Shown here: one piece after another, positions 1-13,496 of the stretch
How the letters are laid out: each line of letters begins with the position of its first letter
Numbering within the stretch: position 1 is the stretch's first letter
Origin: Intoshia linei
Lineage: Eukaryota; Animalia; Orthonectida
Direction: 5' to 3'
Length of the DNA: 64,000 bases
Assembly (NCBI GenBank): GCA_001642005.1
Contig: LWCA01000004.1
Coordinates: forward strand, 60,986 to 124,985
Notes under the pieces: model-generated
Seen by the model: only the letters and a program-made list of their open reading frames with translations
The model's database searches: none
Told to the model about the DNA's origin: nothing
Translations under genes and position numbers: made by a program

Positions 1-825
1 TAACACGCAATATCGTGTTGCACCCATCTGTTTATTAATCAATATGACTTTCATAATAAACAAAACTATAACTTAAACTTCTGTGTTATATATTTTTTTA
101 ATCTAAAGAGCTACTTTTCCTCGAAAAAAAAAAGTAATTTGAATGATTTGATTAGACCTTGTCAAATTAAAAGCAGTAAAGTATCACATTGAGTCTAATT
201 ATAATTATAAAAATATATAATTCAAATTAAAACAAATTGTGCAAAACATGAAAATGAATACTGAATCTTCATTTAAACATGGAATTTCAAAAATCAAATA
301 AAGGCTGAGATGTTTAAATGGAATTTTCAAATAAATTATCAAAATAACATTCAAAAGTTAAAAATTTCTAGACAAAAATCAAATTTATAAAGTATATTCG
401 TAATTTCATTCTATGATAAAAGTGATGTAAACAATAAAAAAGTTGATAAAAAATTCAATATATTGATTAAACTGCAGTGACTATTCTATCACCTTATCAT
501 ATAGAAAATGTACACGATATTAAAAGTGCATGTTGAGAGGTCAAACATAGTAATAATTACGAATTTAATTAATAGTGAAAGCCAGTATATAATTTTTGCA
601 ATATTGTCAATATCTATAAATAATGTAGTTATTATACATTAATAAATTATAATTTAATTGATTAACAAATAACGTGTCCACCTCAAATTATGTAGGTAAC
701 AAAAATTTTTCCAATAATATTTACAGTAATCTGAATTAATACATATTTTGCTAACAAATTTAAAAAGAAATGCAATAAATTATAATCTTTATTAACTGGA
801 ATAAATGACAATTTAGCATCTTGGT

Positions 826-3800
826 ATGCGATTGATATTTACATTATTAGTTCAATTCAATTTTTTTTATTTCTTTTATTCTGGAAAATCATCTCCACCA
901 AGTTTAACAAAATTATTAAAGTACATGTTTAAAGATTATGAAAAAATTCCTCCGTCAAGTAATTTTGTTTGTATTTTATTTTACATAATTTTTAGTCTTT
1001 TTTTTCATATAATGACATCTAATTTTCACTTTCTATTCTTAATTTAATGTACATTTTTATTTTTTGGTGTGAATTTGTATGGGATATTTTTATTTTAAAA
1101 TTAGAAAAATATCAATTAATGTAAAACCAATGAGGATAGGGACGGCAATCGATAAAAAATTAAAAAATCTAAAATAATATTAATGTATCATATAATAATT
1201 TATTATACTTTGATTTGAAAGAAATTTTTTCAAAATTAATTGATAGAAAAAGTTAAAAAAATTAATCGATAAATAAATATATAAACGTTTTTATCGATTG
1301 TCAGCAGTAGTGGGTTGTGAGGAAAAAATATAATTATTACATAATAATCATCTACATATCTATGTTATATACATAAAATTGTAAAATTTCATTAAATTTA
1401 TTATTCTAGTTGATGGTCCAATTTCAATTTCTATTGGATTATATGTTAACTACATCTACGATATTAGTGAACAAGCCATGGTTTTTTTAAATTTAAATAA
1501 TCTAAATTATATTAAACCCTTTATGGTGACATTCAATGTTTAAATTTTTTATGCACAGTGTGCATATAAACGTGCAATGCACATTATAATTATTATTAAT
1601 AAAGTAGTATTATTATAATTAATAATACTGAAAAATTATTATTGATGAAAATTTAAGGTTCGTGCTTCAGATCATGTTGTAGAACTCTAGTATAACCCAG
1701 TGTTAAGCCAACCTTTTAAATTTCATGCACCACTTTTATCTTTACAAAATTTCTGCTCCCCACTATAATTTTTTATTTTGGGTTTTGGATTAAAAAGTTA
1801 TTACTTATAAGATTTGGTAAAATGGGATTTTTACCTGAGGGTTTTAAATGATATTTGTTATTAATGGTGGAATTAACAGTGGGATTTTTGAAATAATAAT
1901 TTACCGGTCGTCTAGGATTTATGGTAAATTCACAACATCTGGAAACTCTGTAATAAATATTAAAAATTCTAAAATTAAACAAGAGTTGATATAAAATTTT
2001 TACATATTATTTGTATCTCACGGACCCAAGATATATAGTTTTGGACCAGGGTCAAGGGCCTAATCCCCAATCGAGAGCCACTGATTTAATTGATGCATCG
2101 TTTTCATTTTTGAGAGTTCTTCTTGATATTGTATCGAAACATGAGATAGCATTGTATACATTGTATATCGTATATTGTATATAATTTAATCACTTTAATC
2201 ACTTTAATCACTTTAATTTCAGGAATATGGTATAAATATGTATCTGCGACAAAAATGGCAAGATTATCGGTTAACATTCGATCCAAAAATGGTGAACAAT
2301 GAAACAAAAATTAAACTTCCTGATTCATATCTAAACAAATTATGGTTACCGGATATATTTTTTAGAAACGAAAAAAGAGCATATTTTCATGAAATCACTA
2401 CACCAAATAAATTAATCATTTTAAATAGTGATGGTGTGGTCTGGTATGTTGCAAAGTAATTTTTGTTATTGTTGTAGTTAAACTAATTATTGAAAATAGT
2501 GTATTCATTTATTTTCATAATTTTTTAGAATTTCGGCAAAATTATCCTGTACAATGGACCTTCATAAATATCCTTTGTAAATTTTTTCTCGTTATATTTA
2601 ATATGTAGTTTTAAGTTTTACATTTTAAATTAGTGATTAATTATAATTTGATAGAGAAAAATATCGACATCATTAGAGAAGAAATTTATCGACAGCGATT
2701 CATCGATTGGCAGTTGATCGACATAACAATTTACTTATTGATAGATTTTTTTTTAAATTTACTCGAAATATTTATTTCTTTATACCAATTTAAATTTTTT
2801 CATAAATATATGTTTTATTGCAAAAAATTATTGAAAATTATAAAATGAATCAAATTAAAAAAAGTATACGTCGTACATTGCAGTGCACTGTGCGCAATAA
2901 TACTGGCAATATTATTATAGTTACAGCTTAACTCTTTTAAGTCATTCAAATTTTGATAAATCGCCGATAAGTTATCGTTATTTATATTTTTTAATAAATT
3001 ATTTTTGTCTCGTTTCATTGTTGATAAATCACATATTGTCAATAAATTTACTGACTTCACATACAATTTTATATATTTTTAATATAGAGACTCACAATCA
3101 TGCCCAATCAAATTTGAAAGTTGTATGTTTAATTTAATGTTAATATATTTGTGTTTTAACATTACCATTTTGGTAGTTTATACCAGTGATTCTCGAACAT
3201 TTTATATTTATATATTATGTTATGGGTTCTTAATCTGGGGTGATAAACCCGTTTTTAGGGTCCCAGAAAATTTTTGAATAAAAATCATTTTACAGCCATA
3301 TTTTTTAAATGGAATCAAGTTTCGAAAATAAAATTCAATTAATGTCAAATTCTGTTTATTAATTCAATATTTTTAAATAGTAAATATTTTAATATGTAAA
3401 TATATGTATAAATTGGAAAAGGTTAAGAACCCAATCATTATATTGTTTGTATTATACGGATAAAATATTTATTTTCGATATTTTTAATACAGTGAAACCT
3501 CTTTATAAACAAACCCCTCTATAAACAAATTATCATGTTTTTAAAAATATATCAATCTTGTATAATTTGGTTATTACATTTTTACATGTCAACAGTTTAC
3601 GTTGTATGAAATTTTTATGACATTTATCACGCTTTTTGATACTCCAAAAAACAAATTAGTCGTTAAATTTTCAAAATCGTTTGTTTATAAAGAGGTTTCA
3701 CTGTAGTTACTAGATTAATATGTTTGGGACTGGCTGTCGAGAATCACTCATTCATTATTCATATTTTCAGTACAAAAATATTTATTGTTATACATATATA

Positions 3801-6800
3801 TATGTATATATGTATTGCCTATTTTATTGATTATTTGGGTTCATTTTATTATCCTTATATAAAAATTTTCTTTGAATAAAATATTATTTTGTAAAGTTTT
3901 CTGGACGTTTATCATAAAGTATTTGTGAAATATTATTTTTTAAATTTATTATAAATGTTATTAATACTTTTCAATTTTTCAGTTGGGTATACAACAGAAA
4001 GAATACACTATTACTGGTTAAAAGATGCTGTTCAATTTGACCCCGACATGAAATTACCTCAATTCAAATTAAAAAATGTTACTCAATCTAGTTGTATGCA
4101 AAGTTATACTTCTGGTATTATGCAATTATATTAATAATATTATTTTAAAGATTTTTTTTCAGTTTTTTTTCAAGTACTGAAAATCTCAGAAATTTTGATA
4201 TTCATTGATCAAAAATACAGATTACCCCTTTTTTATAAAAATAAAAATAAACTAATACAAAATTTAAAGTATATGTGTTTTGTTAGTAAAATTATCAAAT
4301 ATCTAATTAATTATAAAAAAAATTGTGAAAATTAAATTTATACTAAAAATTTAAAAATTAATGATACAATCTCAATTTACATGAAAATTTGATTCTTGAT
4401 AATTTTTAAAAATATATATCTGGAAACTTGCGCGTTGACAGACCTAATCACTGTTTTTACCAAATATAAACTTGAACATAAAATACAAACTACAAGTACT
4501 ATTGTAGATAGTAATTAAACATAAATAAAAAAATATATTTTAACTGAATTTGACTAAATAGTGGCTATTCAGTTTTGTATTTCGATATTACATTTTATTT
4601 TATTAAAATTGATTTACACATTAAATCTATTAAATTAATTCATCATATTTGCATCAAATTCCAAAATAGCGGAATCAGAAAGTGTATAAATTTATTTTAG
4701 GAAATTACACATGCCTAGAAATAAGATTTTTATTAAAACGAGATATTGGATACTATATGATACAAATTTACATTCCTAGCATGCTAGTAGGTAAAATTAA
4801 AAATTTTGTTAATTTTGTATTTGTGCTTTAATCCAGGGTCGTGGAGAGGGTTAGGGGCCATATGACCAGGGCCTAAAATCATGAGGGATCAAATATTTTA
4901 ATTTATTAATAGGTAATATTGGAAAATTTCTTAAATATATTTATAAATTATGATGACCAATATGATTAATAACTGTTATTTTCAACTTTTAACCAATAAA
5001 CGATAGAAATAAGATTAAAAAAAATTTAAAATTTTTAGATTTTAACAAGTCTTACAAATATTACATTCTACACTGTTACATTTAATGTCCATGAACAATG
5101 GCCTTATTGGTATAATAAATTGACTTGTAATTAGTAAAAAATTTTCACGGACCAGCATTTGGGATACGCTGATATAATCATATCTAGACCAGGGGTGTCA
5201 ATTATGGGCCCGTGTTATAACAAAAACTTAACAATATTATTTTTTTTACATAAAAGTATATGTACAAATATTTTGCATAAATTTATTTATTCCTGATTAC
5301 AATTTTAGTATTAGTTATGCTCCTATTCTATTATTGTTTTTTATTTCATTTTATTAATACATTAAAACTTTTAATGATTTGAGTATAGATATTTTTTTGT
5401 CACATTTGGCTCGCCAAGCAAATTGAATCTGACACCCCTGATCTAGACCATTAGAAACTTGTTTTTATTTAATTAATTTCAATACTTTGAGACAACTCGA
5501 TATTCTTAATATGCACCATTTGTTATGATCTGTGCATTCACTATACCACACTGTAGTACTATATAAGTGGTATATTTTATTGACAAATTTTGAATAAATT
5601 TAACCATTATCATTTCAAAATTCATAAATAACCTACTGTGATTTAATAAAAAAATGTTCAGAATAATCGATTTAATATATAAAAAAATAGAAACCCATTC
5701 AACCGGTCCATTTAAAAAGCTCCACAAGACTAACCGGTTACGATAAATATGGTTTTCAAAATTAAATATTTTCTCAATCGAAAGGTATATTTTTGACCCC
5801 TAGCAAATTGTGTAGACCACTTTTGTGAAACATTAGTATATGACAGTGATTTTTAAACTTAAAACTCCATGGACCCTTTATTTCAACAAAAATTTATGAT
5901 TGCTGGACTTAAGTCTTAATAGATTTAGTGAACTAAACATTTGATAATGGTAAAAAAAGAATACGCCAATTTCTGGAATTGAAAAAGATTTTTGAATTTT
6001 TCGTAAAAAAGTGTGCTAAGGACTCAATGTATGAATATGTAACTTGCACAAAATATCAGTCTCGCAAAACTATATTAAAAATCTGATTTTTTTAAATTTT
6101 AGAACAGATATTTATTAAATAAAATACAACACACATTCAATTTTATATGCATTTTATCTACATTGTATGTGTAAGCTTTACACTGTAAGGAATACACATT
6201 GTGGCTCTTGAACACAATTTTTCGCTATGCTAAAATGTTTATCAATCAATATTAATTTATGACATGACTCATTATTATATCATTTAAAAAAAATTATATT
6301 TTATACGTTACTGTCATGCAACACAACACAAATTTCGCGATTACCCATGAAAAATATGAAATTATCCACTCGTGGGTAAATACCTCAGTCTGGAAATCAT
6401 TTTTATAATATATTATTAACATTATACATAATATTTGGGGAAGTGGTGCTCTCCTGGACACCTGCGGAACAACGCCTCTGATTGTAGTTTTATTAAAATT
6501 TTTAGTAATATTATCATGGGTGGCATTTTGGATATCTGTCGATGCAGTTCCAGCTCGAGTTACAATTGGATTATTAACAATATTAACAATGACAACTCAA
6601 AGCAGTGGAGCTCGAGCTCAATTACCTCGAGTGTCTTATATAAAAGGAATTGATGTATGGATGAGCATGTGTCTTTTGTTCGTTTTTGCATCATTAATCG
6701 AATTTGCCGTTGTGAATGTTTTTACTCGTAAAGATTTATATAGAAAAAAGAAAGATATGGTAAAGGAACAATTAAAGAGTAAAAAATGTCTAGATTTAAA

Positions 6801-8431
6801 AAAAGAAAAATCAAAAGAATTTAGTGTACGTTTTACAATTAATAGAGTTTAACATGTATACATTGGTGTTTATTATGGATTGTAAACCCACTAGTTCATC
6901 ATAATCAAGGGTCAATTACATTCCCTCGTTAAAAATACTCATCTTGGTGTTAGTTTTTAATGTTATTACTAACATGTAAATCAGGGATGGCAACCTTTTA
7001 CATTTCCTGGGCCACTTTTTTATACCAAAAAATTCTATATATTTCGATTAAAATAAAAATTGAAAAAGTAAAATTTACATTTGTATCAATAAAGTTTCAG
7101 AAAAATCAATATTTAATATGGATCCTACAATTTCAAAAAAAATGTGTATTGAACGTTTACACATTTCCAATTAAGAAATATAAGTGAAAATCTATATAAT
7201 TCATTCCTTCTGAATTTTTTACATTGCTACGCAATTTTTCAATCTCAATTCTCATTTTCAAAACATTTTGTTTAAAACTTAAATTAAAACTACAACAAAA
7301 TTCAGTAATTATCAATCAAAAATTATTCAGTGGGCACTGGTTGCCGACCCTGATGTAAATTTATTTATTATCATTTAAAATTTAATGTTTCATGAATATT
7401 AGTAGATTATAAAATAATCATCTTGCATAGTTCTACTTCTAGCATTTTCCATTACAGATAAAATGTATTTAAATTTCAATACAATTTTATTCATAATATG
7501 AACCCATTTTTTAAAGTCATGAGATAATTTTGTAGTATAAATAAAAATTGAATTATTTTTATCTCATCGTAATTTCTAGTTTCACTATAATACACATTTT
7601 GACTATTGCATGATTTTATATTCAACGTGTACTCTATATCAGGGACTCTCAACCTTTTTAAACCAACGCCGCCTCCCATCCCACCATAATTTATAAATTT
7701 CTAAATCAGTGTTCCCCATGATAAAATAAGCTATAATTTTTATAAAATCAATAATAATGGAAAAAAGGTAAATAATTTTTATTCATTTTCCTTGTGATCC
7801 TTGCGCCGGTGATTGCGTGACAACTCGTTAATTCTTGTTTTTATAATGGTTAATTTGATAACAATATCGCTTCTTTGACATATATTCTTTGTATATTAAT
7901 TTTGTTTCCATCTTTATTCAATATTTTGTTTACAGAACTGAATCCATTCTCAATCATGTAAGATGTTGGAAACACTATAATATCCTTGATATTTCAGAAT
8001 ATATAAGTGAATAAAGACACTTTGAAGGTTCACATCCCCATAATACCAAATACATAAGGGAAAATTTTTTTTGTTTGTTAATAATATATGTGACATTTTT
8101 AATAATATTGGTTTCAACGCCCCCTGGGGGAGCTAACGCCCACGTTGAGAGTCACTGCTCTATATAATATCAACATTTTATAAAATCTTTAAAACTAATC
8201 AAATGAACACAGGTAAATTTCATCGTGACAGAAATGCACGAAAACACCACGGAATTGTGCGAAAAAACTTTACACCTGCTAAACGAATTAAAATTTGGAA
8301 TATACGAATGCGAATACGATGTTAATGGCTGTACAAGTCGAGCTGTGTACATTGACAAAGTTTCAAGAAAATTATTTCCACTAGCTTTCCTCTCATTCAA
8401 CATTATTTATTGGATATGCTATGTTATGTGA
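826..8431 (+). CDS. Cys-loop ligand-gated chloride channel subunit (glycine receptor/GluCl-like), 9 exons
   Basis: GT-AG exons join in frame: 826-970, 1410-1480, 2223-2455, 2529-2576, 3088-3122, 3983-4114, 4701-4790, 6506-6825, ~8213-8431. The protein has a signal peptide, YLRQKW (loop D), [12 protein letters not shown] (loop A), Cys-loop [15 protein letters not shown] and a second Cys pair [13 protein letters not shown]1 is [10 protein letters not shown], followed by the PAR anion motif in [19 protein letters not shown], then [13 protein letters not shown], and M4 [13 protein letters not shown]. Confidence 0.93.
1790..2083 (+). repeat. Dispersed ~450-bp hAT-MITE-like family (partial copy)
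   Basis: The core GTGGGATTTTTGAAATAATAAT...TCTAGG...AAATTC.CAACATCTGG and the end AATCG.GA.CCACTG recur at ~14170-14406, 21081-21290, 22180-22540, 25208-25627, 26980-27370, and reversed at ~45300-45590. Confidence 0.75.
3184..3749. mobile_element. hAT-like MITE with a nested TA-flanked MITE
   Basis: Inverted termini CAGTGATTCTCGA ... TCGAGAATCACTC; no clean TSD seen. Confidence 0.55.
3490..3703. mobile_element. Tc1/mariner-pogo type MITE
   Basis: Perfect 25-bp TIR CAGTGAAACCTCTTTATAAACAAAC at both ends, each flanked by TA. Confidence 0.9.
4834..4940 (+). repeat. Dispersed repeat (MITE end), 3 copies in window
   Basis: AATCATGAGGG...AATTTATTAATAGGTAAT.TTGGAAAATTTCTTAA also occurs at ~16677-16750 and inverted at ~53272-53370. 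Confidence 0.7.
5190..5440. mobile_element. hAT (Buster/Charlie-type) MITE
   Basis: TIR CAGGGGTGTCA...TGACACCCCTG with perfect 8-bp TSD ATCTAGAC; the same terminus starts at ~26193. Confidence 0.92.
6982..7352. mobile_element. hAT MITE
   Basis: TIR CAGGGATGGCAACC...GGTTGCCGACCCTG with perfect TSD ATGTAAAT. Confidence 0.9.
7640..8157. mobile_element. hAT MITE
   Basis: TIR CAGGGACTCTCAAC...GTTGAGAGTCACTG with perfect TSD CTCTATAT. Confidence 0.9.
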
Positions 8432-8921
8432 GATACACTTATTAAACGTTTAAATATTAAATATTAATCAATATTTTGTCAATCGATACGGGGAATTATT
8501 CTCATGCAAGTAATAATTTTTAGACTAAATTCATCAAGTTTTGAGTAAATTTCAGTGTAATGAATTAAAATAAACGGTCTAATTCTAAATTTTAATCAAG
8601 TAACACTAAACATAAACAAGACATGTGTAAACAAAATATATAATTAAATTTATCTCGGATAAACATTTTAAATGCTACACCACTGGTGTAACACCAGTCT
8701 GCAACAATCATAATAGTTCTAAATTGGAGACAATTGGACACGACTAGTCCCGATTCATTATTATGGCACCATAAGCAGATAAATATTTTATGATTACCAA
8801 GTTACTCGGTACCAAATTTCAATTGATTTCATTGTGTTGAGATTGTACCAAATTGTTTAGTTTATTTTATTGTATATTTGATTGCATCAAATTTTCATAT
8901 TTATTGAAACACATTTTTAAA

Positions 8922-11900
8922 ATGGCTATTTTTACTAGAAAATGTTGCATTTATTCACTATGTGTGATAGGAGTTATTGCTTTGTGCTTGGGAGTAGCCG
9001 CATGGATCTTTATGCCAAAACTTATCCATAAAATGATTTACAAGGTAATTTTTACTTAATTTCATTTATGAAATTCCTATTTTTTATTAATTTGGCTAAA
9101 TTTATATTTTTGAACTCTTTTTCTCCTAATCATGACATGTTTTTTATTTCATATGTAGAATGTAAAAATGTAGAAATGAAAAATTTATTTTAAGCGTTAC
9201 AAAATTATGAGAGAGTTTACAATTCATGTCAATAGTTTAATCAGTCTCCAATTACTTTTTTACAGTTGATTTATTTTTATTGATCAAATTTTTATGATTT
9301 TTCAATGTTTATTGCAGTCATGTGCAGAAATTTACATTTGTTTATTTATCAGTAGTGATTTGATATTTATACTGGCTTATTTATCAAATACCGATTCTAT
9401 TTTGTATGGAATTCTATTGTATTGACCAAGTAATTGAATACTTAAAAGTTGCTAGTTACGCATATTGATATTTTTGAACTACAGCTTATGAACTAATAAT
9501 TCATCTTAACTCAGCTCAGTGTTCAAAGCAGCGTGTTTATTCAACTCTTTGTTTTTTTTAATGGGGTGATATGTTTTCTTCAATGAACAATGTATAATTG
9601 AAATTAATCATTTCATTACCGATAAAAGATTATAAGTGAAGTTCTTTATTATCGTTAAATTTTTTTCGATGCTCACTGTGTATAAATCGTTCATTAATCG
9701 TAGCCTGCGGATGTTATCAACAAAATGTTTATGTCGGTGTAAGATCAGTGAGTTGGATTTATAGTACAGACTCTGGACCCATTATTTTACATTTTTATAG
9801 CTGGCCAATTTATTTACTTTTCAATTTGTATTAATTAATTATTTGATCTTTGACCCTTACAATATGGACAGTTTAACCTTTAAAAAGACTGGTCTGTTTT
9901 TAGCAACTGGTTCATAATGATTTTAAACTTTTTTATGCCCTTAGAATAGGCTCTGTAATTGAATCGTTAAAAATGTATTTTCATAATGGCCATTTAATTT
10001 TTTCAAATATAAATGAGTTGTACCGTTAATGCTTAACCTACCGTAATCGTGAATTCTCTCCGAGGGTCTCGGTGTAGGTTCGGTTGTGTACAGTAAGGTG
10101 TCCACTTTTTTTTTATTAGAAAAACAAATTTTGCACGTGGATGCATTTTTTGATTTTAAGCATTTATCTAAGTATGGAATCGGTTAATATTTACCCCCTC
10201 AAATGAAATTATTGAAATTCATACAAAAATTATTGTTATTTAGTAATAATATTTAAGCATTTATAAAAATCAGAACATTTTTTTAACTATTTTGAAATAA
10301 TTATTAATTACTAATTAAATTTGTTTTATATTGAAATTGAAATATATTGATAAAGTGTGCTTTTAATTTAATTACAATTGAGAAAGTTTATTTCAAATAA
10401 AACGTAAATAAACATCTTTCTATACAAATTAATACAGTAAAATTTTTACGTTTACATAGAAATTATCGAGACTTTTGCAAAAATACGTATATCTGGCGAC
10501 ACAATATTAATTTTGTTTATATGGATAATTATGTTGGTAATTCCTTTGATGGTTTGTCCATGTTTTATTCAATACAGAATTCAATTTAAAAAAACAAAAT
10601 GGTCCATAAAACATGGACAACCTATCAAAGAAACTACAACCATAGAAACACATATCCCTTTGACAGATTTTAATAAATATATTTTTGAAACGAATGGGTT
10701 CAGAAACTGCAATATTCCGCACTGATAAATCTAAATGTTATGTGGACCTCAAGGCAAACGGTGACTGGAGTTCTGCAACAGGGATACTTTTGAGAGACCC
10801 TGCGTTATACTTTAAAAGATCGATAAATTTGCCATTTAGAAACTCGTTATCAACGAAGAATCAAAAAGTTACGATATGTGGATAAAATCAACGACACCAG
10901 TCTATTTTTCATTCAGTTTCTATAACGTAACAAATGTACCTGAAATTTTTGGTGGAGCTAAACCGATAGTTAACGAAGTTGGACCTTACGTCTATCGGTA
11001 ATTTCATTTAATTCACCAATTTTATTGACTTTATAGTAAACAAAAAGAGAAGGTTGATGTAGTTTTTACTGATAGAGGAACAGTTCGTTTCAAAGAAAAG
11101 ACAGTTTACACGTTCCAAAAAGAAATGTCTATTGGGCCAGAAACCGACGTTATAACTACTATTGATTTGATAGGCGTTGTTTTACTGAGTGTAGCAGAAC
11201 ATGGAACTGAAAATCTAAAAGACGATATCTATATGATTTTTGATCATCCGTATAACCTTCAGTTCTTCAACAATTTTACTATAAATGAGTATGTTTGGGG
11301 TTATACCAATCAGGCACTCGTCGAATTCAATAGACGTATGTATACCGACAAACCAACCTTCTTTGGAATTTTGTCTAAACCTACTAGCAAAAACAATTCG
11401 ATTTCTGTCGAATCAGAAATTTACACCGGAGAAAACACCAACCATCAGATTGGAGAATATTACGCCTACGATAATAAAACGTACTTGAATATTGACATAT
11501 TGTTTTTACACTAAATTATTAATCATTTAGGAAATTGACGTATTGGGGTGATGAATATGCCAATAAGTTGAATGGAACAGGTAATGTTTTTTGTTGGTCG
11601 TATTAATGGTAATTAATTAGATGGGACTGGATGGTCACCTTCAATTGACAAGAATAATATTTTGTACCTATATTCTCCAGATTTGTGTAGATCCATTCCT
11701 TTTATATTTCACAACGATACACTAGTTCAAGGAATCGATACTTTTCAATATGTAATATTTTATAAAATATAAATTTATATTTGACATTTTTATCAGGTAC
11801 CACGTCCTGCCATGTCTGAACTCCCAAATGTAAATCCCGACAATGCTGCTTTTTGTTTTAATGGTTGTCTCAATTCGACAATGTACAATAACACTGCATT

Positions 11901-12832
11901 GGTAAAAAAATGTTGCTTGGGCCGTGGAGCTCTTAATCTATTCAATTGTAAAAGTAATTTTTTAAATTAAATTAAATTTAAACATAACGTAGAGGGCGAG
12001 TTTATCACTACCGGAGTTCACTTTTTGGGAGCTGAACAATTTTTGAATGACAGTATCGGTGTGAAAGAACCTGTCAAGGAAACAGACGAAACATGGTTAA
12101 AAATCGATCCTGTAAGTTTATCATAATGTCAATACAACTAAATTAGATTACTGGAAAAGTTTTGTGTGCCAAAAAATTAATTCAAACTAATGCGCACATA
12201 ACAAATGTTGATTTGCTGGAATTTGTGTAAGTTTTTGTTAACATTATGTATTAATGATTATATAATTTATGATTAACCAATTATTTAGTGGTAATACAGA
12301 TTTGAAAATGTTGAATGAATATATATTTCCTCTGTTTTATGTTGAAGAGGTATTTTAACAATAAATTACTTTTTTTAAATTGTATTAGAGTGGTTGTTTA
12401 ACTGTGGAATCTTCCGAGAAGTTGAAAAACAAGGTTTATAGCAAATTGAATATTATCAAAATTTTACCATATGTTATAATTGCTGTCGGTGGTACCCTCT
12501 TGCTGTTGTTTATATTTTGTTATTGTAAAAATAGGAAGCTGTTACATACCAAAAAGGTTATTTTTGTATTCATACATTATCAGTGACCTCATGGTCGATT
12601 TCCCTCAAAATTACGAAAACTTTTCTATAATTTGGTTATATAAAAAAAAGTTCATAAATAAGTTTTTATTTTGGCATTGTCTTATTAAAAAAATCACCAA
12701 GATTTGAGATTACTCATTTGTTGTCACATGATCTTGTCGAAACTGATTAATTTTTACATCAACTTACGTCAATTTATTTAGGAAGTCAAAGCTGAAGTTA
12801 TCAGAATTAACGACAAAGTCGACAATATTTAA
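8922..12832 (+). CDS. CD36-family class B scavenger receptor (SCARB/LIMP-2-like), 11 exons
   Basis: Exons 8922-9044, 10840-10997, 11037-11480, 11531-11580, 11621-11752, 11797-11953, 11993-12111, 12147-12226, 12289-12349, 12389-12556, 12782-12832. N- and C-terminal TM helices are present, with CD36 motifs FYNVTN, EVGPYVYR, NGTDG, DLCRS, NPDNAAFC, G.LNL..C and IDPITG. Confidence 0.92.
10519..10815 (+). mobile_element. Possible decayed hAT transposase fragment in CD36 intron 1
   Basis: Broken frames give YVGNSFDGLSMF (like the second catalytic Asp context) and LKANGDWSS (like the TRWxS motif); weak evidence. Confidence 0.3.
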
Positions 12833-13496
12833 TTTAATTTGTAATATCGAGTGTAATAAATTTTAATTACTGTATTTTACATCTTTACATACATACTTCT
12901 GTGACCGTCTTATCTGCAAATCTAAACAAAATTGTGATTTTTCCACTATAATTAATTTTGGAATTAAGAATCCTACTCATCTCAAGAATTTTAAATGCGT
13001 TATTAACCCATAATTGTACTTAAAAATGAAAATATCCTCAATCAATGCTAAAACTAAACAGGTTAATGGAATACTGTTCAAAATAAAATTAACAGATAAA
13101 ATGGTTACACAGCAAACTTTAATAGAATCTTGAATATTAAATATCTTAATTGATTTAATATACATTTTTTGAATTTCACCATTTCATTCTCTAAAGTGGT
13201 ACCTTTTTAGTTGTAATTAATTTGATTCATTAGATTTTAGGATTTATGAATATTTTACATTTTAATGACAATTTTTATTATTTCAATTTGAACGGGTTCA
13301 CATATATTGCTATAATATAATAAATAAGAATATTACTTATTGCAAATCAATACTAGTGAGTTGAATTTGAAATTAATGGAGAGTTTTGACTCTTTTTTAG
13401 ACAAATTACCAAAAAAATTAATTTAAATTTACAGTTTATTTGACTGTTGCTACCACTATCGTATCATAATATAAATTTATTGACAATAAATCACAG

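Noticed and set aside
10700-10810. GC-richer stretch considered as an snRNA or self-cleaving ribozyme
   Set aside because: It lacks a complete hammerhead core and matches no U snRNA motif I know; a decayed transposase is the simpler explanation.
12977-13165. Hydrophobic 62-aa minus-strand ORF between CD36 and PCYT1
   Set aside because: I could not build a phase-consistent spliced model or recognise a motif, and AT-rich DNA yields such ORFs.
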